From contig OZ244561.1 in NCBI GenBank assembly GCA_965217585.1, forward strand, positions 5,408,001 to 5,472,000: DNA of 64,000 nt, written 5' to 3'. Positions 11,928-22,764 of this stretch are shown here, in pieces; position 1 is the first letter of the stretch, and each line of letters starts with the position of its first letter. Under the pieces are notes generated by a model that saw only the letters and a program-made list of their open reading frames with translations, was not told the origin of the DNA and searched no databases. The position numbers and the translations under genes were made by a program. Origin of the DNA: Candidatus Latescibacterota bacterium (GTDB lineage: Bacteria > Latescibacterota > UBA2968 > UBA8231).

Positions 11928-13270
11928 TGCAATTGCTGCAGAGTTTTCAAAACTGCTTCAAAATTCCCGATTTGCGGCGTCGCATCCTCTTCACCTTAGG
12001 GCTTTTGATCGTCTATCGCATCGGTGGTCAGATCACGGTCCCCGGCGTCGAGTTGGTCGTGCTCAAAGAGTACTTTGAAAGCGCCGGCAACACCCTTTTT
12101 GGGCTATACGACATGTTTGTGGGTGGTGCCTTTACCCGCGGGACGATCTTCGCTTTGGGCATCATGCCCTATATCAGCGCCTCGATTATTTTGCAGTTGC
12201 TGGGCGCGGTTATTCCCCACTTCCAGAAACTGCAGCGCGAAGGCGAAGAGGGACGCAAGAAAATCACTCAGTACACGCGCTATGGCACAGTCTTCCTAGC
12301 GGCCGCTCAGTCCTACGGCGTCAGTTTCTTCATTACCAGCATCAAGGCCCCGTACTCGGGTCAGCCGGCCGTTGCCGACCCGGGCATTGGCTTTACGCTG
12401 GCGACTATGCTGACGATCACCACTGGTACGATCTTTATCATGTGGTTGGGTGAGCAGATCACGGAGCGCGGCATTGGCAACGGCATTTCCCTGATCATAT
12501 TCATCGGTATCATCGCCGAGTTGCCCTATGCGATCAATCAGGAGTACAAGTTCTTCATCATCAATCGCGGTTTCAGCAAAAACATCATTGAAGAGATCTT
12601 CCTCGTCGCGCTAATGTTCGCCGTAGTGGCCTTTGTGATCTTGCTGACCCAGGGCTTGCGCAAAATTCCCGTTCAGTACGCCAAGCGCGTCGTCGGGCGG
12701 CGGGTTTACGGCGGCCAGACCACGCACATTCCGCTGCGGATCAACACGGCGGGCGTGATTCCGATCATATTTGCCCAGTCGATCATGTTTCTGCCCGGCA
12801 CGATCACTCAGATGTTCCCAGGCCATGAATTCATGCTGGCGATTGGTTCGTTTTTCTCGACCGAATCCATGTTTTATTGGTTCGTCTATGGGCTAATGAT
12901 CATCTTCTTTTGTTATTTTTATACTGCCATCGTCATGGATCCCAATCAGCTCTCTGACAACATGAAAAAGCACGGGGGATTCATCCCGGGCGTCCGCCCC
13001 GGTCCCCGGACCGCCCAGTACATTGATGGCATTATGACGCGCATTACCCTGCCGGGTTCTATTGCCCTCGCTATGGTGGCGATTTTTCCCTTCTTCGTCA
13101 CGAGGCAGTTCAACGTGGCCCCTTCGTTTGCCCAATTTTTTGGCGGGACAGGGCTTTTGATCGTCGTTGGCGTGGCTTTAGACACCTTGCAGCAGTTGGA
13201 GTCCCAGCTAATGACTCGCCACTACGAGGGATTTATGAAGCGGGGCAAGATCCAGGGACGCCGCAGCTAG
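11924..13270 (+). CDS. secY: Preprotein translocase SecY
   Basis: [50 protein letters not shown]. Confidence 0.99.
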   Translation: MMQLLQSFQNCFKIPDLRRRILFTLGLLIVYRIGGQITVPGVELVVLKEYFESAGNTLFGLYDMFVGGAFTRGTIFALGIMPYISASIILQLLGAVIPHFQKLQREGEEGRKKITQYTRYGTVFLAAAQSYGVSFFITSIKAPYSGQPAVADPGIGFTLATMLTITTGTIFIMWLGEQITERGIGNGISLIIFIGIIAELPYAINQEYKFFIINRGFSKNIIEEIFLVALMFAVVAFVILLTQGLRKIPVQYAKRVVGRRVYGGQTTHIPLRINTAGVIPIIFAQSIMFLPGTITQMFPGHEFMLAIGSFFSTESMFYWFVYGLMIIFFCYFYTAIVMDPNQLSDNMKKHGGFIPGVRPGPRTAQYIDGIMTRITLPGSIALAMVAIFPFFVTRQFNVAPSFAQFFGGTGLLIVVGVALDTLQQLESQLMTRHYEGFMKRGKIQGRRS

Positions 13271-13302
13271 GGCGAACTTCAACCCCATTTGGAGCGAGTA
13301 CC

Positions 13303-13419
13303 GTGAAAGTTAGAGCATCCGTCAGCAAGCGCTGTAACGAGTGTAAGATCGTCCGTCGGCGCGGGGTCGTGCGCGTTATATGCAAGCGCAATCCCCGCCA
13401 CAAGCAGAGACAAGGCTGA
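13303..13419 (+). CDS. rpmJ: 50S ribosomal protein L36 (not in ORF track)
   Basis: GTG 13303 reads [42 protein letters not shown] upstream. Confidence 0.97.
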   Translation: MKVRASVSKRCNECKIVRRRGVVRVICKRNPRHKQRQG

Positions 13420-13430
13420 GGAATAACCCT

Positions 13431-13817
13431 ATGGCGCGCATAGCAGGTGTAGATTTACCCCGCGACAAGCGGGTCGCCATCGCATTGACCTATATCTTTG
13501 GCATTGGGCACACGATGGCCAATCGCATCGCTGCCCAGGCGAGGATTGACTCTCAGACTCGGATCAACGAGCTGAGCGAAGACCAAGTCAACAGTTTGCG
13601 CTCGATCATTGAGGTCAGCCACAAGGTCGAAGGTAGTCTGCGCGGCGAAACCACCATGAATGTCAAGCGGCTGATGGATATCGGCTGCTATCGGGGTTTG
13701 CGGCATCGCCGCGGGCTGCCGGCCAACGGCCAGCGCACCAAGACCAACGCCCGCACGCGCAAGGGGCCGCGGCGGGCTATTGCCGGCAAGAAAAAGGCCC
13801 CCGCCCCCGCCCAGTAG
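13431..13817 (+). CDS. rpsM: 30S ribosomal protein S13
   Basis: [35 protein letters not shown]; start moved to ATG 13431. Confidence 0.98.
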   Translation: MARIAGVDLPRDKRVAIALTYIFGIGHTMANRIAAQARIDSQTRINELSEDQVNSLRSIIEVSHKVEGSLRGETTMNVKRLMDIGCYRGLRHRRGLPANGQRTKTNARTRKGPRRAIAGKKKAPAPAQ

Positions 13818-13845
13818 ATCAACCCAAAACGGAGAGGATTGACCT

Positions 13846-14235
13846 TTGCCGCCCGAAAGACGCAAGAAACACAAGAAAGCAAAACAGGTAGAGGCTGTGG
13901 GCGTGGCTCACATTCTGGCCACGTTCAACAATACGATTATCACGCTTACCGATACTAGTGGCAATGTGATTTCTTGGGCGACCCCAGGGAAAATGAGTAT
14001 CAAGGGCAGTCGCAAATCTACGCCCTTTGCCGGCCAGCTCGCCGCTGAAAAGGCCGCCCAAGAAGCCATGAATATGGGGTTGCGCCGCGTGGAGGTCTGG
14101 GTCAAGGGGCCGGGGGTAGGGCGCGAGTCCGCAATCCGCGCTCTGCAAAACGCCGGGCTCGAGATTTCTGCAATCCGCGACGTGACGCCCATGCCGCACA
14201 ACGGCTGTCGGCCGCCCAAGCGTCGCCGCGTTTAG
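13846..14235 (+). CDS. rpsK: 30S ribosomal protein S11
   Basis: [36 protein letters not shown]. Confidence 0.98.
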   Translation: MPPERRKKHKKAKQVEAVGVAHILATFNNTIITLTDTSGNVISWATPGKMSIKGSRKSTPFAGQLAAEKAAQEAMNMGLRRVEVWVKGPGVGRESAIRALQNAGLEISAIRDVTPMPHNGCRPPKRRRV

Positions 14236-14252
14236 AAGGAGTTAACCACATT

Positions 14253-14882
14253 ATGAGCAGGCATACAGGTCCCAACTGTCGCTTCTGCCGCCGGGAAGGA
14301 GCCAAACTCTTCCTGAAGGGCGAACGCTGCAACCTCGAAAAATGCTCCTTTGAGCGGCGCAGTTATGCCCCGGGTCAACACGGCCAGGGCTTGCGGCGCA
14401 AGCAGCCGTCCGACTACAACGTGCAGCTGCGGGCCAAGCAAAAATTAGCTCGACTCTACGGAATCCGCGAAGGCCAGTTCAGGGGCTACTACAAGGAGGC
14501 GTCGCGAGTGCCGGGCGTCAGTGGCGAAAATCTGTTGCGCCTGTTGGAGCGCCGCCTCGACAACATTGTCTATCGGCTCGGTTTCGCGCCGTCGCGCAAG
14601 GCCGCGCGCCAGTTAGTGCGCCACAACCACATCGTGGTAAACGGCAAACGGGTCAATATCCCTTCGTTCCTGACCCGGATGGGCGATGTGGTGCAGGTCG
14701 CCGAGCGCAGTCGCCAGCTAGAGGCCATTCACGAATCGCTGCGGCGCTCGCGGGAGACCGTGCCTTGGTTGGCCATAGATAAGGTTAACCTGACTGGGAC
14801 CGTAGCAGAGATCCCCGGACGCGAAGACATTCCCACGGTCGCCGAAGAACAACTGGTCATTGAGTTTTATTCTCGCGTCTGA
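14253..14882 (+). CDS. rpsD: 30S ribosomal protein S4
   Basis: CRFCRREG.KLFLKGERC, PGQHG, LERRLDNIVYRLG. Confidence 0.98.
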   Translation: MSRHTGPNCRFCRREGAKLFLKGERCNLEKCSFERRSYAPGQHGQGLRRKQPSDYNVQLRAKQKLARLYGIREGQFRGYYKEASRVPGVSGENLLRLLERRLDNIVYRLGFAPSRKAARQLVRHNHIVVNGKRVNIPSFLTRMGDVVQVAERSRQLEAIHESLRRSRETVPWLAIDKVNLTGTVAEIPGREDIPTVAEEQLVIEFYSRV

Positions 14883-14925
14883 AGTTTTACTCCGCCCAAT
14901 CCAGCAAGGGGCAAGAGGCTAAAGT

Positions 14926-15942
14926 ATGAAATTAGAAGGTCTCCAGATGCCGAGGCTAGCCGAGGTAGAAAAAGAAAGCCTCAGCGAGACGTATGGCATG
15001 TTTATTGTCCAGCCGCTCGAGCGCGGTTTTGGCGTCTCTATAGGGCACGCGCTGCGCCGCGTATTGCTGTCCTTTATCCAAGGAGCCGCGATCAAGCAAG
15101 TCAATATCGAAGGCGTACATCACGAGTTTTCCACGATTGCCGGGGTGCGCGAGGATGTGCCGGAGATCGTGCGCAACTTCAAGGAAGTGGCGATCCGCTA
15201 TCGCGGCGAGGAGGATCGCGTCTTGCGCGTCGAGCGCACGACAGAAGGAGCCTTGGTGGCCAAGGACCTAGAAGTGGACCCCAGCGTCGAGGTGATGAAT
15301 CCCGATCTGCACATCGTCACCTTGGATAAAGGGGCCTCCCTGAAAATGGAACTGACGGTCGGCTGCAGCCGCGGCTACCAGTTCGCCGAGGAGAACAAAA
15401 TCCCCGATCAGCCCATAGGTGCTATTCCGCTCGATACGAACTATTCGCCGGTTCTCAAGGTCCACTACGAGATCGAGAACGCACGCGTCGGGCGGCGCAC
15501 CGACTACGACAAGCTGATTATGAAAGTCTGGACCGATGGCTCCGTGCATCCCGAAGACGCCATGTCCCAGGCCGCCCGGATCCTGACCGAACATCTGAGC
15601 CTTTTTATTAGTTTTAAAGAAGAGCCTGAAAGCACGGAGGAGAAGGAAGTTGACGAGGAGGCCAAGAAAATCGCCCAACTCTTGCAAACGCCCGTCGAAG
15701 AGATTGAGTTGACGGTGCGCTCGGCCAACTGCCTCAAAGCCGCAGGGATCACCCATCTCAGGGACTTGGTATCGCGCACGGAGGCTGAGATGCTCCAGTA
15801 TCGCAACTTCGGCCGCAAATCGCTCAACGAGTTGGAGAAAATACTCGAGGAGAACAATCTTAGCTGGGGCATGGACCTGAGTCCATACGCCGACATTGAG
15901 ATCGACCAAAAAGCAGACAACCCGCTGGCGGAAGAATTCTAG
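14926..15942 (+). CDS. rpoA: RNA polymerase subunit alpha
   Basis: [36 protein letters not shown]. Confidence 0.98.
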   Translation: MKLEGLQMPRLAEVEKESLSETYGMFIVQPLERGFGVSIGHALRRVLLSFIQGAAIKQVNIEGVHHEFSTIAGVREDVPEIVRNFKEVAIRYRGEEDRVLRVERTTEGALVAKDLEVDPSVEVMNPDLHIVTLDKGASLKMELTVGCSRGYQFAEENKIPDQPIGAIPLDTNYSPVLKVHYEIENARVGRRTDYDKLIMKVWTDGSVHPEDAMSQAARILTEHLSLFISFKEEPESTEEKEVDEEAKKIAQLLQTPVEEIELTVRSANCLKAAGITHLRDLVSRTEAEMLQYRNFGRKSLNELEKILEENNLSWGMDLSPYADIEIDQKADNPLAEEF

Positions 15943-15944
15943 CC

Positions 15945-16367
15945 ATGAGACACGGCAAAAAAATAGCCAAGCTGGGGCGCACGGCCCCGCACCGCAAGGC
16001 CATGTTGTCCAACATGATGACCTCGCTCTTTATCAACGAGCGCGTCACCACCACCCAGACGCGCGCCAAAGAGCTTAAGCGCACGGCCGAGCGGGTGCTG
16101 ACCTGCGCCAAGAAAGGCGACTTACACGCCCGGCGCCAAGTGTTGCGCGTCATAGCCGACAAGCAGGTGGTCGCCAAGCTCTTTGACGAACTGGGTCCTC
16201 GCTACAAAAGTCGCAATGGAGGCTATACTCGCTTGATCAAGTTAGGGCCACGGCGCGGCGACGGGGCATTTATGAGCATCGTCGAGCTCGTGGACCGCCC
16301 TGGGGCGGTCGCAGAAGAGACTCAGGAGTCCGCGGCCGCAGAAGAGGCTCAGCAGGCCGAAGAATAA
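15945..16367 (+). CDS. rplQ: 50S ribosomal protein L17
   Basis: MRHGK...LGR, RNGGYTR, RRGDGA. Confidence 0.98.
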   Translation: MRHGKKIAKLGRTAPHRKAMLSNMMTSLFINERVTTTQTRAKELKRTAERVLTCAKKGDLHARRQVLRVIADKQVVAKLFDELGPRYKSRNGGYTRLIKLGPRRGDGAFMSIVELVDRPGAVAEETQESAAAEEAQQAEE

Positions 16368-16390
16368 GGTGGGCGTCCAAGGTAGTAGCG

Positions 16391-16423
16391 ACGGGGCAAG
16401 ATGATGACCATCTTGCCCCGTTT
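16391..16423 (+). terminator. Hairpin ending the alpha operon (probable intrinsic terminator)
   Basis: 13-bp stem ACGGGGCAAGATG/CATCTTGCCCCGT, 5-nt loop, short T tail. Confidence 0.65.
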
Positions 16424-16442
16424 GCATTGTAGATAGGGGCAC

Positions 16443-17801
16443 GTGAAACGAGGAGATCGCATCGAGGTCGAGGTCGCTGCGCTCACCGCCAAGGGCGACG
16501 GGCTAGCTTATGTCGGGCACCGCGAGGTCGTCGTGCACCAGTCTGTTCCCGGGGACCGGGTCGCCGCCCGGGTCGTAAAGAAGCGCAAAGGGCGCTTCGA
16601 GGCCGAGGTGGAGGAGTATCTCGCAGAGGGCTACAAGCGCGAGGAGCCTCGCTGCGCCCATTTTGGGCGTTGCGGCGGCTGTCGCTGGCAGGAATTGCCC
16701 TACGCGGCTCAGCTCGTCGTCAAGGAGCAGATGGTCGCCAGCGCATTGGCGACTAGTGGGCTATCGCTGCCGCCCGCAGCGCCGATTTTGCCCAGCCCGA
16801 CTCCCTTTTTTTATCGCAACAAGATGGAATTTTCCTTTGGCACGGATCGCGAGGGCTTGCTGCAACTGGGCTTGCACGTACGCGGGCGTTTCAATTGGAT
16901 CTTCGACGTCGAAGAGTGCCACCTACAGTCGCGCATTTCCAACCGCATCGTCGGAGCGGCCCGCCGCATCAGCCAAGTGTTGGGCCTGAGCGCTTACGAC
17001 TTGAAGCGGCACCAAGGACTGTTGCGCTTCTTGGTCGTCCGCGAGGGCAAGCGGACCGGAGAAGTGATGGTCAACCTCGTCGTGTCCTCGTATCCCGACC
17101 TAGGGGTCCAACAACTCGCCGAGCAACTGTTGGATGCCATACCCGAAATTGACGTCTTGCTCGTTACCTTACACACCGGCAAGGCCCAAATCGCAGCCGG
17201 GGAGCGCGAGTTTGTGCTCAAGGGGAGCGGGCGCATCGCCGAAGTGTGCGCTGGTCTCGAATGCGACATTTCTCCCCAGTCCTTTTTTCAAACGAATTCA
17301 CTGCAAGCCGAGCGGCTCTACGAGGTCATAGCCCGCGTGGCCGGGCCGCAAAAGGCGGTGCTGGATTTGTACTGCGGCACGGGCAGCATCAGCCTGCTTT
17401 TGGCGCGCCAGTCCCAGTTCGTGTTGGGCATCGAAGTGGTCGCTGAAGCGGTGGAGGACGCCAGACGCAACGCCGTGCGCAATCGGATAGAACACTGCGA
17501 GTTTATGGTCGGCGCAGCCGAGGGTATACTTGGGGAATTAGCAGTACAAGGCCGGCGATTTGACTTGGCCGTCGTCGATCCACCGCGGCCCGGGATCCAC
17601 AAAAAGGCGCTGGCCGGTCTGTGTGCGTTGGCACCGCCACGCATCATCTACGTCTCCTGTAATGTCCACGCGCTAGCCGGCGATTTGTGCGCCTTGGGCC
17701 AAGCTGGCTACGGCGTCCGCAGTGTGCAGCCCGTAGATATGTTCCCCCAAACGCCGCACTGCGAGGTGGTCGTCGAGTTGTGCAAGCAGGTCGCCCCGTG
17801 A
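16443..17801 (+). CDS. rlmD: 23S rRNA m5U methyltransferase, RlmD/RumA family
   Basis: TRAM N-terminus, CAHFGRCGGC Fe-S motif, YRNKMEF, SFFQTN, DLYCGTG, DPPR, YVSCN, DMFPQT.H.E. Confidence 0.9.
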   Translation: MKRGDRIEVEVAALTAKGDGLAYVGHREVVVHQSVPGDRVAARVVKKRKGRFEAEVEEYLAEGYKREEPRCAHFGRCGGCRWQELPYAAQLVVKEQMVASALATSGLSLPPAAPILPSPTPFFYRNKMEFSFGTDREGLLQLGLHVRGRFNWIFDVEECHLQSRISNRIVGAARRISQVLGLSAYDLKRHQGLLRFLVVREGKRTGEVMVNLVVSSYPDLGVQQLAEQLLDAIPEIDVLLVTLHTGKAQIAAGEREFVLKGSGRIAEVCAGLECDISPQSFFQTNSLQAERLYEVIARVAGPQKAVLDLYCGTGSISLLLARQSQFVLGIEVVAEAVEDARRNAVRNRIEHCEFMVGAAEGILGELAVQGRRFDLAVVDPPRPGIHKKALAGLCALAPPRIIYVSCNVHALAGDLCALGQAGYGVRSVQPVDMFPQTPHCEVVVELCKQVAP

Positions 17802-19168
17802 GTGAGAAGCGCCATACGCAGCCGCGGCTGTTGGTCGTGCTACCCGAATCCCAGCAAGCCCGGGCGCTGATTTTCTATCTAGAACAGCGAGCGTACGAAG
17901 TGCTCTGGGCGCATGAGGGCCAGAGTGCGTACGACATACTCGACGCCGATGCGGTTGACGCGCTGATCTACGCCCTGCGCGAGAAGCGCATCGACGGGTT
18001 GCGGATTCAGCAACTGGCCCACAAGCGCAATCCGGCCATCTGCGCGATTGCCATCGCCGGGCCTGAAGACATTGAGCTAGGGGTTGAAGCGATGCGCCAA
18101 GGGGCCTACGACTTTCAGCTACAGCCGCTGAATTTGGCCAAGGTCGGCGCAGTGTTGGAAAAGGGCCTGCGCTACCAGCAGCTAGTAGGGGAAGTATCGG
18201 ATCTACAGCGCCGCTTGGACGAGCGCTACCGCTTTGACGACATCGCCCGCCGCTCGTCGCCTTGGCAGCGTATTTACCTCCAGATCGAACAGGTGGCTCA
18301 ATCGCGCACCAGCGTTCTGATTGCCGGCGAGACCGGCACGGGTAAGGGCGAGGTGGCAAAGGCCATCCACCAACGGAGCCGACGGCGGGAAAACGCCTTC
18401 GTCGAAATAAACTGCGGTGCCCTGCCAGAGAGCTTGGTCGAAAACGAGCTTTTCGGCCACGAAAAGGGGGCCTATACCGGGGCCGTAGGAGCGCGCAAAG
18501 GGCGCTTTGAACTGGCCGATCAAGGGACCTTGTTCCTCGACGAAGTCGGGGACATTCCCCTGCCGACGCAAGTGAAGCTGCTGAGGGTGATTCAGGACGG
18601 CCGCTTTGAGCGGGTCGGCGGCACCCAGACCCGGCGGGCCGATGTGCGCTTGATCGCAGCGACGCACCGCGATCTCGAAGCTATGGTGCGGGAGGGAACC
18701 TTCCGGGCGGATCTCTTCTACCGGCTCAACGTGATCAAGATCGAAGTGCCGCCGCTGCGCGAATGCTGGGAGGACATACCCATTCTGGCCGATGCGTTCA
18801 TCCAGCAGTTCGCCGCCGAGAACAACAAGCGCATCGAGGGCATTCGGCCGCGGGCTTTAGACGTGTTGCGCGATTACGACTGGCCGGGCAATGTGCGGGA
18901 ATTGAAAAACTGCATCGAGGGCATGGTCGTCATGTGCACTCGCGATGGCGTGCTCGAGGTCGGGGACATCCCGCGCTACATAAACCGCCAAGAGCGCGTC
19001 TTTCCCGGGTTGGGTTTTCGCGTCGGCATGAGCATGGCCGAGATCGAACAGATGGCGATTGCCGAGACCTTGAAGGCCGTTGGCGACGACCGGCGGCGGG
19101 CGGCCGAAATCCTGCAAATCGGCCTTAGTACGCTCTACCGCAAGGTAAAGCAGTACGGCGGGATTTAG
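17798..19168 (+). CDS. Sigma-54-dependent activator (NtrC-like) with degenerate receiver domain
   Basis: GETGTGK, ELFGHEKGAYTGA, LFLDEVG, FRADLFYRLN, WPGNVREL, C-terminal Fis HTH; GTG start overlaps rlmD stop. Confidence 0.9.
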   Translation: MSEKRHTQPRLLVVLPESQQARALIFYLEQRAYEVLWAHEGQSAYDILDADAVDALIYALREKRIDGLRIQQLAHKRNPAICAIAIAGPEDIELGVEAMRQGAYDFQLQPLNLAKVGAVLEKGLRYQQLVGEVSDLQRRLDERYRFDDIARRSSPWQRIYLQIEQVAQSRTSVLIAGETGTGKGEVAKAIHQRSRRRENAFVEINCGALPESLVENELFGHEKGAYTGAVGARKGRFELADQGTLFLDEVGDIPLPTQVKLLRVIQDGRFERVGGTQTRRADVRLIAATHRDLEAMVREGTFRADLFYRLNVIKIEVPPLRECWEDIPILADAFIQQFAAENNKRIEGIRPRALDVLRDYDWPGNVRELKNCIEGMVVMCTRDGVLEVGDIPRYINRQERVFPGLGFRVGMSMAEIEQMAIAETLKAVGDDRRRAAEILQIGLSTLYRKVKQYGGI

Positions 19169-20670
19169 CTGCGTTGATTGTAGTGGTATTTGATGAGCGC
19201 GTTGAGTGCCTCTTGGGGAGCGGCGACTACATCCGCGTCAATGCAGAACTGGCTCAGACCGGCCAGTTTCAGGCCGTGTCCGTAGTCGCTGAACATTTCT
19301 TCGCACAATTCGCCGGGTGCCATGTTCCGCGTACTGGCTAGAGACTCAATTTGTGCGGAGGCTTCCGGCGTAATCTCCAAGGCGATGTCGTGTTCGCGTT
19401 GAAAGTTGTCGAGGAAGCGGCGCAGCGAGGTGTCTTGCAGCAAGCGCTCCAGACCGGCCGCAGGGTCGAGTACGGTATCGGCCTCGACGGCAAAGCGCTC
19501 GATGCCGACGGAAGGGAGCTTTTTTTCGTAGTTGAGCAACACCTTTTCAATGGCGCTGACCAAGCCGCGGGCACCGATGTGCTCGGTGTGTGCGCGCTCG
19601 GCTAAAAGGGCTAGGGCCTCGTCGGCAAATTCGACCTCAATGCCATAGGCGCGGAAGTCGCGCTTTTTGGATAGGATGACGCTGCTTTTGGGGTTGCGGA
19701 GGATTTCGAGGAGATCTTCGGGGCCGAGGCCGTGCAATACGGCGATGATGGGCAAGCGGCCGATGAACTCGGACTCAAACCCATATTCGATCAGGTCCTC
19801 AGCCCGCACGTGAGACAGGAGCTGGTCGGCGTTGAGGTGGGCCGGGTCGGCTTGGGAGTGGAACCCCATGGTGCCTTTGTTGAGCCGGCGGCCGATGATT
19901 TCGTCAAGCCCGGAAAAGGCTCCGCTAACGATAAAGAGGATGTTGCGGGTGTTGACCTTTTGGCGTTCGATCTTGCCCGTCTGCTGCATCTGGATGACGG
20001 ATTCCATTTGCGAGGCAATGTCGTGCGGGGCCTTGAGGTCGACGTCGGTTTCCTCCATCAGCTTGAGCAGGTTGCGCTGGACGCCAGAGCGCGAGACATC
20101 CGGGCCGTGTACTCCCTGCGCGGAGGCGATTTTGTCGATTTCGTCGATGTATATGATGCCGCACTGGGCGCGTTCAATATCGCCGTTGGCCTCGCGGACT
20201 AGGTCGCGCACCAAGTCTTCGACATCGCCGCCGACATAGCCGGTCTCGCTGAATTTGGTGGCATCGCCCTTGACGAAAGGGACGCCGATTTTGCGGGCGA
20301 TGAGGCGGATTAAATAGGTTTTGCCCACGCCGGTAGGGCCGATCATCAGCACGTTGTTCTTGATGTTGCCGACGAGCCCCTCGTCTTCCTCCGGGGGCAG
20401 TTTTAGGCGGTTGAAGTGCGTGCAGATCTTGGTGGCGAGAATGGCCTTGGCTTCTTGCTGCTTGATGACGTATTGATCGAGATAGGACTCTAATTCTTCC
20501 GGTTTGAGGTCGAAGTGGAGGGCCTCGGACTCGGAGGTCTCTGTACCTTCGCCTTGGGTGGAGGAAGCCTCGGGCTGGGCTGGCGCTTGCTCTTGTTCTT
20601 CGATTTGTCTAGCTAGGAGACGGCGCAGTTTTTCTGGGTCAATCTCCACTTTTTCAGCACGCGGTTGCAT
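19165..20670 (-). CDS. ClpX-like AAA+ ATPase without N-terminal zinc finger
   Basis: LDQYVIKQ, GPTGVGKT, DATKFSETGYVGGDVE, IIYIDEIDK, EFIGRLP, GARGL. Confidence 0.85.
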   Translation of the reverse strand: MQPRAEKVEIDPEKLRRLLARQIEEQEQAPAQPEASSTQGEGTETSESEALHFDLKPEELESYLDQYVIKQQEAKAILATKICTHFNRLKLPPEEDEGLVGNIKNNVLMIGPTGVGKTYLIRLIARKIGVPFVKGDATKFSETGYVGGDVEDLVRDLVREANGDIERAQCGIIYIDEIDKIASAQGVHGPDVSRSGVQRNLLKLMEETDVDLKAPHDIASQMESVIQMQQTGKIERQKVNTRNILFIVSGAFSGLDEIIGRRLNKGTMGFHSQADPAHLNADQLLSHVRAEDLIEYGFESEFIGRLPIIAVLHGLGPEDLLEILRNPKSSVILSKKRDFRAYGIEVEFADEALALLAERAHTEHIGARGLVSAIEKVLLNYEKKLPSVGIERFAVEADTVLDPAAGLERLLQDTSLRRFLDNFQREHDIALEITPEASAQIESLASTRNMAPGELCEEMFSDYGHGLKLAGLSQFCIDADVVAAPQEALNALIKYHYNQRS

Positions 20671-20695
20671 ATATTACCTTAAGGAGAGGTTGGAA

Positions 20696-22675
20696 ATGCA
20701 GTGGCGTAAAAAATATACTCGCCCTCTCAAATACGGACAACCTAGGCCCTGTGCCTTTTCCCGGCCTGCTGCCATACAGTGCATTGCTCGCTACGTATGC
20801 GTGATCCTCGCGGCGGTGCTGGCACCGAACTTCGCAGAAGGGCAGGCGCACACGTGGACGTACTCGGCCGACGCCGAAAAGGCCTTTGGCAACGGGCTTG
20901 AGGCATATCAGCAGGGGCGTTTCGATGAGGCACTCAACCACCTGCGGCAGCTAGCGGAGTTCCCGCTCAATCAGCGGTCCAGCGAAGGCCAGTTCCTCTT
21001 GGGAAAAGCCCTGTACCGCTTAGGGCATTTTGCCGAAGCTATCGACGCGGCCTTGGTCTTGCAGCGCAGGTTTCCCTCGAGCCGCTACCTGCCCAATGCC
21101 CGGCTGTTGATCGGCGACTCGTTTTTCAATAGCAAGGACCACCGCGAGGCCGCGTCCCAGTACGGCCGTTTGTTGGCCACTCAGGCCCCCCTCGGCATCC
21201 AAGCCCAAGCGGCCGAGCGGTTGGCGGCCATGGATTGGAACGGACAGGTAAAAGAGCAAGAGCTGACGCGCCTGCGTCAGTCCGTAGGGGCCGGGCGGCT
21301 GCGCGAGGCCCTGTTCTACGGCCGGGCGCGCTGGTATCAGCGCCTCGGCTGGGAAGGGGAAGCTGCCCAGGCGATGCAGACCTATCGCGATAGCGTTGTC
21401 AATGGCATATTCGCTCCGTTAGCCGCCGTCTGGAGGGGCGGTCAGTCCGCATCTCGCCCGCGCGTTGGCTCGGGACCGCCCCGGCTGGGCTTACTGCTGC
21501 CGGTGACCGGGCCCGGGCCGGACAGCCGAATCGGCGAGGAGCTCCGCCAGGGGGTGCAATTAGCCAATCTGGAAGCCGGCAGTCCCTTCGAACTTGTAAT
21601 CGCCGACACTGGGGTTGACTACGGTAATTTGCCCATCGGCACCGACCGCGGCAGCGACCTTAGCGAAAGCCCGGCCACCGGTTTGTTGCGCGTGGCATAC
21701 GGTGCCCAGCAGCTACTGGACCAAGGGGTCGTGGCCATCGTCGGTCCTCTCCATAGCAGCTCTAGCGTAGTGGCGGCCACAGTCGCCGGGCGCGCTGGTG
21801 TTCCCCTGTTGGTGCCGCTGGCTCAACAGAGCGGCTTGGATTCGCTCGGCCACAGCATCTTCCAGTTGAGCACGGTCTCGAAAACGCAGGCGCGTCTATT
21901 GGGCGAGTACGCGACCCTCGTCCTCGGCTTGGAACACTTAGCGATTATTTCTCCCCTCAGCGACTACGGCTGGGATTTCGCGCGCGAATTCACCCGCATT
22001 GCCGAGCGCAACGGCGGCCAGATCGCGCACAGAGATTGGTATGTCCCCAATAAGACAAAGGATTTTCGCCGCGTCTTCGAGGAGATCCGCGCGGCCGGTT
22101 TTGCGCTGAGGCCGCCACCGCCAGATACGCTTGAAGTGGTCGAGGAAGAGCTAGAAGCGGATATGTTTATCGACACCATCGACGGGGTGGTGGTCGTCGT
22201 CGAGAGCTTTGCGGACGCCAAGACGATCGCGCCGCAGGTGCATTTTCACCGTTTGCAGACCCAAGTCCTCGGCAATGATGCTTGGTGGGATCCCGAAGCC
22301 ATTCGGCAGATGCGTCCGGGCGAGCGCAAGAATTTCGACGGAGTCATTTTCGTTTCCGCGCGGCAGGTCGAGTCCGCTGCCGCGCGGTCGTTTGTCAGCA
22401 CCTTTCGCAAACAATTCCGCCGCGACCCGCACTACGCGGCGGCTGGCTATGACGGCGCCCGCTTGCTCATCGAAGGGTGGAAGCAGGGGCACCGCGATCC
22501 GGCCGCGCTGGTCGAGTGGTTGACCACGGTCCGTTTCTACGAAGGGGCCTCGGGCGTCATCTCTCTGTCGCCGGACGTGCGCTCCAACAGCGCGCTGACC
22601 TTGCTCAAAATCGAGCGCGACAAAGTGCGTTCCCTCGGCACGGGCGATCTCCCGAAAATGGGCACCGCCGAGTAG
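20696..22675 (+). CDS. TPR plus periplasmic-binding-fold protein (LpoA/LppC-like)
   Basis: N-terminal TPRs, LGLLLPVTG, AIVGPL, AAGYDG, YEGASG; start uncertain (ATG 20696 with SD, or GTG 20801). Confidence 0.65.
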   Translation: MQWRKKYTRPLKYGQPRPCAFSRPAAIQCIARYVCVILAAVLAPNFAEGQAHTWTYSADAEKAFGNGLEAYQQGRFDEALNHLRQLAEFPLNQRSSEGQFLLGKALYRLGHFAEAIDAALVLQRRFPSSRYLPNARLLIGDSFFNSKDHREAASQYGRLLATQAPLGIQAQAAERLAAMDWNGQVKEQELTRLRQSVGAGRLREALFYGRARWYQRLGWEGEAAQAMQTYRDSVVNGIFAPLAAVWRGGQSASRPRVGSGPPRLGLLLPVTGPGPDSRIGEELRQGVQLANLEAGSPFELVIADTGVDYGNLPIGTDRGSDLSESPATGLLRVAYGAQQLLDQGVVAIVGPLHSSSSVVAATVAGRAGVPLLVPLAQQSGLDSLGHSIFQLSTVSKTQARLLGEYATLVLGLEHLAIISPLSDYGWDFAREFTRIAERNGGQIAHRDWYVPNKTKDFRRVFEEIRAAGFALRPPPPDTLEVVEEELEADMFIDTIDGVVVVVESFADAKTIAPQVHFHRLQTQVLGNDAWWDPEAIRQMRPGERKNFDGVIFVSARQVESAAARSFVSTFRKQFRRDPHYAAAGYDGARLLIEGWKQGHRDPAALVEWLTTVRFYEGASGVISLSPDVRSNSALTLLKIERDKVRSLGTGDLPKMGTAE

Positions 22676-22696
22676 CTCTCGACGCGCCGCCAAGTA

Positions 22697-22725
22697 TTGC
22701 GTCCCTAGTTGACCGAATTTATATT
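22697..22725 (+). promoter_or_regulatory. Putative sigma-70 promoter
   Basis: TTGCGT-N17-TATATT in an AT-rich gap upstream of the FmdB gene. Confidence 0.4.
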
Positions 22726-22764
22726 AGTAAGTTTGTATTTTTAGTTATAGCAAGAGTCAAAGTC

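Noticed and set aside
13380-13430. N-terminal extension of S13 in the ORF track
   Set aside because: It overlaps the real rpmJ; S13 starts at ATG 13431
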